DNA of 57,357 bases, the filler included, from Sluysia triapertura (Eukaryota), in assembly GCA_046118255.1 (NCBI GenBank). It is 4 parts of 4 records of this genome, joined end to end, with 100 filler letters (N's around TTAATTAATTAA, not from the genome) between each part and the next. Parts side by side here need not be neighbours in the genome. Positions count along the whole stretch, not along the records: positions 1 to 14,051 come from JBJNIA010007547.1; positions 14,152 to 25,838 come from JBJNIA010179473.1; 2 more parts are not named here. One strand, 5' to 3'. Shown one piece after another: positions 9,930 to 23,001 of this stretch (the first letter of the stretch is position 1; each line of letters begins with the position of its first letter). Below the pieces are notes generated by a model. The model was given only the letters and a program-made list of their open reading frames with translations, was not told the origin of the DNA and did not search any database. Position numbers and translations under genes: made by a program.

Positions 9930-10890
9930 TAATCCTCATTAATGCCTTAGGATCATCAATCCTTTCTATTTGACCAATTTTCTTTAATAATTTTATATGG
10001 ACTGTCTTAACTTAAAGTTAGTAAATTTGGCTTGATACTTTGTCCATCATCCATAGTCATTTCTGAAATGAATAATTCATCCATATTCTTATCTGTATTC
10101 TTTGCTTGTGCTTTTCCTTTTCGTAAGTCTGTAAGAAACATTTGTATTTCCTTATTTAGCGTCGATTCACTTTCTTCATTGACTAAGATTGTCATTGGTT
10201 CGTTTTCATTTAAATTTTCTAAATCCATTTAGTTTATCCTTTCGTCTTCAAATAAATCCATTTTCCCATAAGTATTTCAATTATTTCTTTCATTTCTATT
10301 TAATTCTTTTACTGGTTGTTCACTATTGCCTTTCTATTATTTTTATGACCATCCCATTTTCTTAATATATCATCTATTTTTCTTTTATCTTCTATTTCAT
10401 ATAAATCTCTTTTTACCTCAACTTTTTTTGTCTTTGTTTTTTCAAAAATTTTAGAAAATAATTTATAAAATTTTAGTCTCTTCCTCGTTCTTTCTTTTTG
10501 ATCAGTCTTTTCCTCTCCGTCATTATTGTCTAACTTCATTACATGAAATTGTTGTAATATTCTTGCTTCTGTTAAATTATTCCGATTTTTTTCATATTCA
10601 TAATTTTCTTGCTTTCTTCTGTCATGCTTATCGTAGTAATTGTAATTTATTTGACCCTTGCTACCCTTATCATTTCTCTTAACATATCTTACGTCCCGTG
10701 TTGGTAAAAATTACTAGATTTTAGTTCCCTGTCACAATTATGACAAATTACTTCTACGTTTGTCTGAGTCTTGTAGTTAATTCCTTCATTGTTACTAATT
10801 CTATCAGGATTTTTGTTTCTCTTACCATTTTGACCGTAACGGTCTAGCGAACAGTGACATTCTTTAAACTCGTTCATAGGTATTGTCATT
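9930..10890 (-). mobile_element. Possible decayed retrotransposon gag-protease region
   Basis: Broken ORFs with VICHNC (zinc-knuckle-like start), a K/R/E-rich linker, then LFI...DGQSIK...LLKKIG resembling a retropepsin N-terminus without its DTG motif. Confidence 0.35.
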
Positions 10891-13253
10891 TTATATCTTC
10901 TAATATAACTCTTATATCTCTTAATGTAGTTTTATTGTTTTCTAATGAATTAAATTTCTTCAGACTTCTATAATTATAATTATAATACGTTTTTGCATAC
11001 GTCTATTAAATGTCAACAGGTTTAATGTTTTTATTCTTTAATCTTTCTTATTTAATTTAAGCTTTAATGATTTAAGTTATCGATCAAATATCTATAATTA
11101 TTATTATCAAGATTTTATTATGGTTTCGTTTTATAAGAAACCTAAACTAAATCAAAGAAAAAGTATTTTAACTCACTAATGTATATTATAAGCAGTTTAA
11201 ATAACAAATAATAAGAAAATTTATACAATAAAAAAGGATAAATAATTTAAGAAGATTATATTTTAAATTTATAATCTTTTAGTTAATGTATTTTAAATTA
11301 AAGATTTTCTATGCTGTCATGATTAAACTACAGCTAGAAATTTATAAAAAAATAATTTTAATTGAATTTTATTACGCAATATTAAAAATTAGTGTCGAAT
11401 TCAAAAAACAAAGTCTTCTTTAATAAAGTTGAACAATTTAGTATCTTATTTCCTTAAATTATTCTTTAAAACTTTGTAAAATTTTTTTGCGTCATTTTTG
11501 GTTTTAACATTTAGTTTTATATTATGAATTTGACCTTAAAGGTCTAAATTCAAACAAAAATTTTTAAATTTGATTTAAAAATTAAATAAAAATTTAAAAT
11601 TTATAAAATTTAGATTTTATAACAATTATTAATTACTAACTCATTTAAAATAATCCATAAATTTTAGACTTCATAATAAAATATACATAAATTTGAATTA
11701 AAATAATCGATAATTACAAACAATATGTAATTACAATATTATGCAAATTAAAATATATTATTAGGGTCCGCCTATGATTTACGTTTAAGCCTAACGCGAC
11801 GTTTTCATAGGAATTGTTAAAAACTAATTAATACAGTGAGAGTCTAATAGTAAATACTTATTCTTTTGTGGTCTAGTCTTAATTTAAATGTTATTCTGAA
11901 AATAAAACCTTTTTAAAATAAATAATAAAATCATATAAAAATAATGTAATTGAATTATGTTTCTCACGGTTCAAATCAAATAAAACTTTTCACCAAAGAA
12001 TACGTCAGACGTTTCACGATAAAAATACGAATGCTGTATCTATATCCACGTTATTTGATCGCCAAGTATTAATTACCTAAATGATAGGAATATCATTATT
12101 TTTGATACAATAATAACCTTTTTATTACTCTATTGTTATTTATTTACTATTATACCTATTATACTTTTATTCCTTTTTATTTAAAAATAGTTTTAATATA
12201 CTGTCTATTATTATTTAGTTAATATTATTTCTATTGTATTTGTATTTCTCTTTATTTGTTAAAATAATTTTAATATACTAGCTATTCCTATTATTTCTAT
12301 TATGCTTTTATTCTCTTTTATTTATTAGAATAATAACAATATTTAACCATTCCATTGTTCTATTTCATTAAGTTTTTTAATGGTTTTTTAATGATAATAT
12401 CATTCATAGTTTAACTTTTCGTTGTAATTGTTTTTTAATAATATTTTCAATAACACGTTATGTTTAATATTCTAATTTTACATAGTATTTATCACTTTTT
12501 TAAACAAACACTAATTTTATACAAATTGACATTTTAACAAACATTTAACATTTTGATAAAACACAAATTAATATTTTATTTTAGCATTTATTTAATTAAT
12601 AGTTTAACAATATTATTAACTTTAACAAAATATTCGAAAATATATTTTAACTTTACTTCTGTTACAAATCTTTACTTAACTTTATAAACCTATTTTAATT
12701 CATATTAGTCTAAAATTTATTATCTCACTTTCTTTTACAAACTTTTTATGATAAAAATGACTAAGATAAATAATAGGTTATTGTGGGGATTCTCCAACGA
12801 TTATAATATAAAATTAAATGGGGATTTCACAAAAAATATCTAATAATCAATTTTAAAATAAAAATACAAAGGCGGTTCCCAAAAATCAATTTTACTCAAT
12901 AAAATTAAAATAAAATATTTACGAATAATCTTTACATCATTCTTTGTGCTTTGCTTACAACTAATTTTGAGATTGAAGACGTAAATATATTTAGTGAAAC
13001 CAACGATAGTTCCATCATATTAAAGGCTCAGAGTAGCTGGGGCACATAAAAATCCTATTTAGGTTATGTTGTTGAATTGGAATGACTTGCAGATGAAATT
13101 ATCTGTCATAATAATGATAGTAATAATAATGATTATAATGATGGTAGAAATAGAGACTATCAGATAAATCATATAATTCACGAACGCTGATGGCAAGACA
13201 CATTGTTCGTGTGCAATTTTAAATAGTTTAATTTTCAAGTAAAATATTGTATT

Positions 13254-13860
13254 TCATGTTATAAAGTTTGAAGAACAATTGTGATACTTAAGAAACAAGG
13301 TTAACAATAACTCAACAACTTTAATTAGAAACAAAAAATTCTTATCATTATTAATACATAAATTCAAATTATGATATTGCATAACACAATTACGAACAAA
13401 ACTTTTAATACAATTAAATTTATATTTATGCGACTTAAGGCCAACAGAAACTTTGGTATATTCGAAGTTTAAATAGAAAATTTGGGTTCTTAAATCACAA
13501 AACGGATAAAATAATAAATGGTTATTCAAGAAAATAAAACTATCAAAATAAAAATTTTATATTGGAATTTAAAGTAAGCATACGCAAACTTACAATCATC
13601 GAATTATGATTTAAAATAAGCAGATTGAAAATGAGCTCATTCAAAATTCGACGATCTTTAATTCTGGCAAATTCAAATGTAAAACAATCTGCATTCAAGT
13701 ACATGAACCTACGACGCCATAAATTAGGCTTAATAGTAAATTCGAAATATTCAAAATGTTTCATAAACAACAAAAATATTTCGTAATTTTATGAACTTTA
13801 AATTTGGATACTTCTCATATCAGGAGCATTTGTCCTCAAATGGAAGAGCTGATAATAAAA
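13254..13860 (-). pseudogene. Frameshifted ORF relic, unknown family
   Basis: Abutting ORFs 13543-13773 and 13254-13529 in different frames; no motif recognised. Confidence 0.3.
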
Positions 13861-14051
13861 ATGTAAAATAAATAAAAAGCCAAACAAATTTAATATATAC
13901 AATAAAAATGCACTGATGATAAAATATTACAAGAGCTAAAACTTATTCTTATAAAACATCTGGAAGTTGTGTCTACTTTATAATCACGATTTAATTCAAC
14001 GTGAAAGACGTCTTATTAGGATTTTGAATAGGTACAACTTTTGTAGTGATC

Positions 14052-14151
14052 NNNNNNNNNNNNNNNNNNNNNNNNNNNNNNNNNNNNNNNNNNNNTTAAT
14101 TAATTAANNNNNNNNNNNNNNNNNNNNNNNNNNNNNNNNNNNNNNNNNNNN
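14052..14151. other. Artificial contig spacer N44-TTAATTAATTAA-N44
   Basis: Exactly 100 nt; the central 12-mer gives stops in all six frames. Confidence 0.98.
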
Positions 14152-14394
14152 TTAGTGTATTTTTAATGTTTGTATTTAAAAATCGTATAATAAATAATAA
14201 TGTTTTATTAAAAGGACGACGACTAACAAAAATTTAATTTAAAGAATGTATTTTAATATTGTAAATAATATTAATTTAAAAAACGTATTTTAATATTTCT
14301 AATTAAATAATATTGTACCAAAAAATGACATCGACTAACGTAATTCCACAAAAATTAGAGTTAATTCCAAAATAAATTTGCATTACATATTTAA

Positions 14395-14500
14395 ATAATT
14401 AAACCTAAAAATTATTAATTCTAAAATTAAATATTTACATCTGTTAAATTAAACATAAAAGTTATTGATTCTAAAATTAGATATTTAAATCTGTTAAATC
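14395..14500. repeat. 50-bp tandem duplication
   Basis: AATTAAACxTAAAAxTTATTxATTCTAAAATTAxATATTTAxATCTGTTA occurs twice. Confidence 0.8.
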
Positions 14501-15419
14501 TGTATATTTTTCTATTAAAATTAGATATTTACATATAGTGTGTTTATACATATTTACATATAGTGTGTCATTAGTTACATATCGCTTTCACAAGTTATGA
14601 ACTTAATTTAAAGCTAACATTAATATAATAATAAATTTATTTTTCTATAGGAATCTTTTGTACAATACCTTGTACATCAACCATAACTTGCACGTCAGTC
14701 GCACGTCAAGTTCAATAAAATATATGGATTTGATATATACTTTATTAATTCTTAATCATTGAAACATATTTAACTTTAATTTTAAATTATAAAAACTAAT
14801 AAAATAACTAATTTTTACATCATCTACGTCAACGTGCTTAGCAATATTTCATAATTAAAAGTACTAATAAACTCAACATTATACATTAAATTTAATATTA
14901 TTTTACCATGAGCAAACATTTTTATTAAGTTATTAAATAAAACAAATTTTAATTAATTAATTTTAATACTTTAATAAAAAATCTTGTAAAGGTTTATTTC
15001 TTCGTATTTTCTCATTCTTTTATTTTATATACTTATTTTGTTCTTACAATTCGTCATAATACCTTATCTTAATTCTTCAATGATTTTTATTTTATTTTGT
15101 TATCCCGAGTACTGACACTAATGTTTCCCTTTATCCTTCACTAATTCAAAGAATTACTGATTAAAAATGATTTTTTACATACGTGTGCATTTTAAATTTT
15201 GTATTTTGTTGAGATTGCCCAACTGTAAATCAGAAATGAGCAAGAAACATATAGAACTATAAAATCAAGGAAGAACTTATACAAATTGATGGATTGAACA
15301 TTATAAACATTGTTGAAATAAGAATCATGAAAAGAAAACATTTATACCTTGGAGTTCCAAAGACCTATATAAGGGTTTGAGATCTTATGGAAGCTTGAGG
15401 TGGACTTGAAAAACGTTTA

Positions 15420-16230
15420 GAAGCATTAAGGTACCTTTGAACTTTAGAACCTTTGGATCATTGAAGACCTTAGAACATTTAAGTATTCTTGAAGTATCGA
15501 TAAGCATTTGAGATGCTTTAGTAACCTTATAAAGTGTATAAAATCTTTAAAATGGTTGAGAAATAAAATCATTATTCAAAATAATAAAGATAAGTTTAAC
15601 ATAGTAATAATTAACATGAAGTAGAAAAAGTTATCAGAGGTGAAGGTGAAAACATCTAGAGCCTTCTGAATGCCTTATAAACTATCAAATAACTTTAGAA
15701 CCTCAATAAGATTAAGTCTAAAAATAGATTAATTAATTAAAAATCTTAATTAATTTAATTAAGAAAAAGTACGTTTTTGTAAATAAATTTTGAATGCGGA
15801 ATGCTATGTTAAATTTGAAAAGACCTTTTGAAAAGACCTTTTGAAAAGACCTTTCGACAAAGGTATGGTTTGACCGAGTTTATGCAAGAAAAGTCTTAAT
15901 ATTGAGCAAAGTCAAATTTTACTTAATTTTTAATTATGGATTGTTGAATTTTAATACTTAGATTGATGCAAATATGATGAATGGAATATGAGATGATTTC
16001 TATGAAAAAGAAGCATCTATAAGTGAGTTCGAAATGTTTGTAAAATGGTTCATGTGAGAATAAGAAGCTTAAAACCTTTTTCATTAGAAAATTGGGTGTG
16101 AAAATGGAAAATTAATTAAATAATAGAAAGTGAAATTAAATTCATTATTTTTATGTATGTTAACAGTATTGCTGATTGTTATTTTAATGTGAGAAGTAAT
16201 TTAAGTAAAAATAGACTGAGTAGAGTAAAA
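15420..16230 (-). repeat. Dispersed ~700-800-bp repeat, copy 2; includes (TTTGAAAAGACCT)x3 at 15814-15854
   Basis: Reverse complement aligns with 8390-9110. The adjacent 16330-16410 segment resembles LTR copy A 1360-1400 (AAATCA..ATTCACAATCTCA). Confidence 0.85.
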
Positions 16231-17845
16231 AAGAAATGATGGTTGATAATAAATCAGATTTATATGTTTTGTAACTAATGAAGTTTGACAGACCGTACCA
16301 TGTAGTTGTCAAAGTTGTTATTGTCGGTTTGATTCTCGAAGAGATTTGGATGATTTGTGTGAGAAAATGTTTGGTTGTGAGATTGTGAATTGATTGATTT
16401 CTAAATTTTTACAAAGAACAATGATGACACAATGGTGCGGTTTTGAAAATCCATGCATAGGGTAAAGTTTTTAATTGCTATTTATTTGTTTTTGCTGGAA
16501 CTAAATAGTAGCTCTAGAGGACCACATTGATAAATTTTCCAATATGATGTTGTCCTTTCTCTGCGTTTGTTTCAAGTTACAATATCTAGCAAATAGTAAT
16601 GGTTACAATTTATAGTCTAACGTGTTTCAAAAAAAGTTAAACGTATTAAATCCCATACTACACTATATTTTATTAAAGTAAAATACAAAAAACGGTCGTA
16701 GTAATAACATCAAATAATTAAAGAGGTACGTATAACGTTTTTATAAGTATTCAAACAATTTTGTGAAATTATTCAATTTTTAATATTTGTAACGTAATAT
16801 CCCTAATTCATTTTAATTTTGAATAATAACTAAACTGCTAACAATGATTAAATAAAAATAATTTTTATACGTACATTTAAAAATAAATACAGTGATTATC
16901 AATTACAATTCAAACAAATAAATTTTATGATCACCCAATATTCACATATATCAGTGACTGCTGAAGTTGTTCAACTACTCATTTCTTTATGTTCCGTTTA
17001 ACTTATGTATGATGTATTCTTATAAGAATTTACTGCTTATAATAATATTTCATTTCCTATGAAAAAGCTCAATGTGTTGTCGGAACTTGAATCATTCAAA
17101 CACTTAAAATCCGACTATTTTTTTGAATTTTACTCTAATATCACGGAATTACATTTCTTCAGTCTCTCCTATTACATTCAAATTCAATATTTAAATATCC
17201 AACATTTCATTCGTAAAAATTATACTTCCTTACAATTTGCCGTGCCAAATAAAATAGTACACTCGACGAAGATGTAGTAAAACTAAAGCTGAATACAGTA
17301 ATTAGGCAATACAATAAATTCATTAAATATAGCATTTATTGATCGTAAAAATTTGTCATAAAATTGATTATCTTTTTTTCTAACTGATCCCAAATATCTT
17401 CATCAATAAACATATGCATATCATCCAATTCATATTGAACAAAATTCTTGCCAAGTTCTTTCGTATCTGATAAGTATTTAATATATATTCTCATTGTTGA
17501 ATCACTACATAAACCGATAAATTATTTTTTAAACTAACCATTCCAATAATTTTCCTTTCAGAACGTAAACCATGTAAACAATTAATAAATTTAAATTGTA
17601 AAGTAATTATTAATGTACTTTAAAAAACGCAAAATAAAGCGAATATTAAAACAAGTTCATTAAAGAAAATAAAGAATATGATTTCATATTATTAATACTC
17701 AAGTGTTTTGAAAAAAATTAATTAATTACTTTTAATTAATGTTTAATTATATCAAGATAAATGCAAAACACTTATATAAAAATATAATATATTTCTTAAT
17801 GAATTATTTTTGTATCTTTAAATGAATATTTTCATTTTTAAAACA

Positions 17846-20386
17846 TTAAATATCTATCACATGTTTCTTAAATAATTGATAAATTGCTGTTCCAGACATA
17901 AATTTTTTTAACAATAATTCAATAAAACCATTAAGATGTTTTAAAACAAAAGGTATAGGTTCATTACAACTAGTTAATTCAACACCATTACACATTTCCA
18001 GAACTTGTTTGGAAATATTATTCCATAATTCTTGGTGTTTTTTACTTTTGCTTTGTAAAACCATTTCCATACATTGAGATTTTTCCCAATTGTTAACCGA
18101 CTCCACAATTGGATTCGAATAATTCATATACTTCAAAACATGAGCAGAATTAGAGAAAATATCAGAATTAATAATTTGATATAAATTTAAACACATTTCA
18201 CTAAAATACCTAGAAGCTCGATAATTTAATATAGATTTCAATTTTAAACAAAACGAAAGTGTGAGTGTATATAAAGTCTCCCATAATAAATAATCGTTAC
18301 TATTTTTATCGGATATTTCTAACACTTTCGATTGAAATACTTTTTTAGTATTATCGAACAATTTATTCACAAATTGCGAATTTTCTAAGTAAATTTGTCG
18401 ACATCCGTTATCACTTTGAATATCTAATGCATAATTATAAATTATTTTCTTTTTTAAAAGCATAAATAAAACTATTGGATAATCATTTGTGTTTTTAAAA
18501 TTTTTTGATTGTGATTGAAAATTTAAAACATCATTTAATAATACTTCTGGATTAATTCCAATAATTCGACATTGAAAATCGTTTTTTAAACTGACAATTT
18601 CAATGGGATTATTTGTCAGCTTTTGCTTTGGTATAATTTCTGGTGTTTTAAATAAATCTACAGATATATGCAGCTTATCTTTTAGTTTGTGATTCAACTT
18701 GTATTTTTTTGCCCATTCTTTAAATATTGGTTTTACATTGTACGGCATTTTTAAAATGTCCGATGCATTTATATTATCTTTAATATTTGAATTAGATGTT
18801 TTCAGGTTTTGTGATTTTAACTTTTCGTTAGAAATATTATCAATTTTTTGATCATTATTTATTAATTTTGATGTACAAACAGTCGAATCATTTGTAATAT
18901 TATTAACTGGCGGTATTAGCACCTTTTCATTACAATAATCATCGGAAATTCGATCAAACTTAGATTGACGATTTTGTGACTTCGTATAACTGACTAAAAT
19001 ATCATTGTCATTGGTCGATTTAATTGAAGTTTGATCTAATTTGAGTTTATCAACGATTTTATTTTTGGATTTATTTTCCATTCTAATTGAAGTACATACA
19101 TTTAATAATTCGTTTTTAATAGATAATGAATCATTTGTTTTTTGTTTTACATCTTCTTTGTTATATTCATATTTGATTTGAATATTTGAATTACGTTCTA
19201 ATTTATTACATTTAAATTTACCTTCATCAATTCTAAATTTATAGATAAACTGGTCATCAGATTCACCTTTCTTGTCATTGCTGTTAATTCGGTCGGTTTC
19301 TACCTTATCTGTATTTATCTTTTGCGGTACATTTTGTCTAAACGTCATTTCATTAGATTTTCGATCAGGCGATACAACTTTTTGCATTTTAAACTGTGGC
19401 TCATTTCCGTCAGATATACATTCGTACTTTTTCCTTTTATTATTAGCTTCACTATTGTTATTAGGTAATAGATCGCTTTCTATGCTATCATATTTTGACT
19501 TTTTATTATCAGGCGATATTTCTTTAAAAACTTCATCAAAAATCGGATTGTATGGACCAAAATATGATTTATTATCAATATATTCGATTATTTCAGAATA
19601 ATTTAGTTTATTGATCGTTTCTGCATCCAGAAGATTTTGAGATGTTTGATTTGCTGAATAATTTGATTCAATTTCATCATTTTTATCTAAATTTGGTTTG
19701 AAATAATGATCACCTAACTGAGCGCTGTTATTTTTTGCTTTTAATGTATTAACTTCTGCTTCAATTTCCGTGTTGTTGATGATTTTATCACATTCATTAA
19801 TATCAACTTTATTGCAAACATTAAAACAATGTTCATTGGTAGAAATTAAACTATTTTTATTACCATGATCAAAATCAGATTTTTCATGGTAATTTTGTTC
19901 TGAAACAATTTCAACATCAATACACTTTTCAGAATTAATAATATTATTTCGAGATTTTTGTAATGTTCTATAATTTGATTCGAATTCATAATTTTTATCC
20001 AAACTTGGTACAATATCAAAACATTTAGTCAAACATTCAACGAGCTCAGAGTTTATATTTTTTAGTTCCAATGGAATATCTTTAACTAAAGAATGATCAA
20101 TGTTCTGATTATTGACAATTTTCTCATCATTAAAATTATTATTTTCTGATACATTGCCCAAGTAGTAATGTTTAGGAAATTTACATGATGGAACAATACC
20201 GTGACACGATGAAGGATGTAAATAAATAAGTACTTCGGGATCACTGGAAATTAAATTATTTCTTTTTAAACGAGAAGTTTTTAAAATATAATTAGCTTCA
20301 TCGGATGTCAATTGCATCATTTTATTGACATACTTGCATTCAGTATCGGTATAATCTAATTTTTTAACATAATTCATAATTTCCAT
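17846..20386 (-). CDS. Divergent AF4/FMR2-family (AFF/lilliputian-like) super elongation complex scaffold protein, ~846 aa
   Basis: 2.5-kb uninterrupted ORF (first ATG 20386; TTG at 20392) with a long N/K/S-rich low-complexity middle. The helical C-terminus aligns by eye with the AFF C-terminal homology domain as I recall it: IIYNYALD~IECGNALE, IYLEN~MYSET, FCLKLKSILNYR~LCLRCESLLYLR, KYMNYSNPIVESVNNWEKSQ~[20 protein letters not shown]. Confidence 0.65.
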   Translation of the reverse strand: MEIMNYVKKLDYTDTECKYVNKMMQLTSDEANYILKTSRLKRNNLISSDPEVLIYLHPSSCHGIVPSCKFPKHYYLGNVSENNNFNDEKIVNNQNIDHSLVKDIPLELKNINSELVECLTKCFDIVPSLDKNYEFESNYRTLQKSRNNIINSEKCIDVEIVSEQNYHEKSDFDHGNKNSLISTNEHCFNVCNKVDINECDKIINNTEIEAEVNTLKAKNNSAQLGDHYFKPNLDKNDEIESNYSANQTSQNLLDAETINKLNYSEIIEYIDNKSYFGPYNPIFDEVFKEISPDNKKSKYDSIESDLLPNNNSEANNKRKKYECISDGNEPQFKMQKVVSPDRKSNEMTFRQNVPQKINTDKVETDRINSNDKKGESDDQFIYKFRIDEGKFKCNKLERNSNIQIKYEYNKEDVKQKTNDSLSIKNELLNVCTSIRMENKSKNKIVDKLKLDQTSIKSTNDNDILVSYTKSQNRQSKFDRISDDYCNEKVLIPPVNNITNDSTVCTSKLINNDQKIDNISNEKLKSQNLKTSNSNIKDNINASDILKMPYNVKPIFKEWAKKYKLNHKLKDKLHISVDLFKTPEIIPKQKLTNNPIEIVSLKNDFQCRIIGINPEVLLNDVLNFQSQSKNFKNTNDYPIVLFMLLKKKIIYNYALDIQSDNGCRQIYLENSQFVNKLFDNTKKVFQSKVLEISDKNSNDYLLWETLYTLTLSFCLKLKSILNYRASRYFSEMCLNLYQIINSDIFSNSAHVLKYMNYSNPIVESVNNWEKSQCMEMVLQSKSKKHQELWNNISKQVLEMCNGVELTSCNEPIPFVLKHLNGFIELLLKKFMSGTAIYQLFKKHVIDI

Positions 20387-21489
20387 TAACAACTAATTAA
20401 TAAATTTTTCACACTTTATGAATGTAAAACCCACAATATTTATTAAAATACTTTTTTTAAACAAATTTCATGTATTTTATATTTTTAAATTCATATTCAA
20501 ATACATATTAATAATACATTTAATTACAACTCAACGTTTAAAATACTGAGAATTATTTTTTCTCAATCATGCAGCTAATTCGCATAAATGTTCAAAATAT
20601 ATGAAAATTTTAAAAATCTCTAAATTAAAAAACTAAAATTGTATAAAGTCTGAAATAGCTTTAAAAATATCATGTGAAGAAATACAATTAATAAATTTGA
20701 TAGATTGTCTTAAAAAATTATATTTTAGATTAAATTATATTAAATTAGATTGTAATGTGATATTTAAAAATTATATTTTAAATTATGATTATACAATTAA
20801 AATATAATTAGAAAATTAACACTTATTAAATATTAATGTTTAATTTAATTACTATCTGTGTTAAGCAAACACTGTTTATTTGAAAATAATATTTATGTTA
20901 AATTTATATAAATAATTAATTATTAAAATTCAAAATATAGAAAAAGTATACATATTGAAGTTAGAACTCGAAAATCACACTAACAAGTTATCGATTTTGT
21001 TATTTTATATAAGTTTATAAAACATACACTGTTTTATAATTTAAATTTTATATTGTCTAATTCGGTGTTATATTCAGGTAGTAAGATTTTACATTGTATG
21101 TTCAGTCTTTTTTATTAAGACTTAAAATACACCTAACATTTCTTACTCAATGTTTAGTTTACTCTAAACTTAAAATCAATTTAAAATCTTGAATATCATA
21201 TATATTATTGCTATATTTCACAATTTTTATTCTTAGGTTTTTGCACAAATAATTTATTATAATATACCTTCAGAATTGTGTGTTATATTTTTGAATTTAA
21301 TAAAAATTACATAAATTCAAACAAGCATTCACCTATTAAGAAATAAAATCAAAATAAAGAAGAAAGAATAGAATAAAGGTATTTAGATCCTCGCAATGAA
21401 ATTTTTGTAAATCTTATAAGTACGTCAGTTAGGAAGACTATAAATCGTATATTATTAGCGGGTCTATTTTGATAAAATATGAATTATTT

Positions 21490-21806
21490 TATCTTAATTA
21501 CGCCTATATTATTTCAATTCAACGATGGACGATTAAGTGGACATTTAACGACTAGAAAATGTAGTCCAGAATTAAAAATAATTACTATTGGGAAAATATG
21601 GAAAACGATATTAGAAAATCGTTTCATGATTTTGTAATCTGTTGTGGAAGAAAAAGAACAAGAATACCACTTAAACTCATGACAGTACCATTGGTACCTA
21701 TGGAATTTACCGTATGGATATCATGGCCCATTGTCAGAAACAATCAATGGAAACAAATATATTAATGTATCTGCGGATTATTTAACGAAATTACCAGAAG
21801 CATAAT
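21490..21806 (+). mobile_element. Ty3/Gypsy integrase relic, related to 5978-6740
   Basis: QFNDGRLSGHL, NNYYWENMENDIRK, RIPLKLMTVPLVPMEFT, MDIM, LSETINGNKYI and ADYLTKLPEA across frameshifts. Confidence 0.88.
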
Positions 21807-23001
21807 TTCATGAACACTTAATGCATGTCCTCATAATTCTTTCTGAGCTGTTCATTTCCCAGCATAAATAATAATATTTAAACATAGCTATCTGGTGTTC
21901 GCCATTCATATTTGGAATGTACTATCTAAATGTTAACCTTCTATGCACCACATGTAAACATTAACACAAGTCAGATTTAAGACCAGGCATCACAAATGTG
22001 ATTTATATATTCAAATAGATCACTATTTAATATTAATGTTATTGTTATAAACCTCGATGAGATAATACCCAAATGTCAAAAACAAGTTCTATTAACAAAA
22101 CACTAAACAAACTTAAGAAAAATCAATTCAATAATTTGTCAGAAGTTATTTCAGTTTTATCGAATATGAATACTTTATTTTTAAGAACAAAATAATTTTT
22201 TATCTCAAAGAATATGCAACTTTGAATTAATTATAGAGCTTTACAAAATATAAAATTTTTATGAAAATTGATAGAAAAAGCAGTTGCATAACAATTTCCA
22301 GTTTTTTAGACAAAGTTTTGTTCTTCCTTTTTAACACTTATGTAAATTATAAAATGTAAAATATATGGTCTATTCGTAGGAAAAGTTATAACTTCGAAAC
22401 TTTTTTAACCTTGAATAATTTTTAAAGGGTCTTTTCTAATTTTAAATCTCTATTATTCTATTGTTACAATTCAACGAAAAGGCAACGTGCCTCTATTAAT
22501 ATTTATATTATACAACTACTTCTTTCCTTTCTTTATGATCTGGATGTAACTTCTTCAAATTCTTGTAACATGATTTGAAAACTGAAACTTACATATAAAG
22601 TGAATATAAATCAACCTTTTACAGTTGGTTCCTATCGAAATTCGGTATTCAATACTCTATTCAGTATTAATTTATACAACTTAACGAAATTCAATACTCA
22701 CTCTAAAGTATTAAATTTAATTTATAATTAACTTACTTCCTCAATTGATTCATGTACTTTAACACTTTTGGAATAACGATTGCTTATAAAAAGATTTGAA
22801 TGTTTAGTAATTTTGGTGAAACTTTTCTGCTTTATAACTAATGAATATTAATGTATGTCCTTTTAGAACTGTAAAGTCTTAACAAGATTCAAACGGTTAA
22901 GCTACTATTAAAATAGACTTCTTTTACTAATGTTGATATATTAGAATTGCTTTGTCTGATGTATGATTTCGAATTCTCGACTCAGATATTCGAGATACTC
23001 A

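Noticed and set aside
14096-14107. Palindromic TTAATTAATTAA repeated three times in the window
   Set aside because: Artificial linker centred in N runs, not biological.
8390-16230. Large element with 700-bp terminal inverted repeats (Maverick/MULE-like)
   Set aside because: The arms lie on different contigs separated by an artificial spacer, and no polB, integrase or MULE transposase motifs lie between them.
19272-19601. 109-aa plus-strand ORF
   Set aside because: Antisense shadow of the long AFF-like ORF; likewise 10032-10232, 38944-39159 and 44294-44527.
17846-20386. Stop-codon reassignment as the explanation for the many broken ORFs
   Set aside because: The 2.5-kb ORF has no internal stops under the standard code, and the relics also contain frameshifts and all three stop types.
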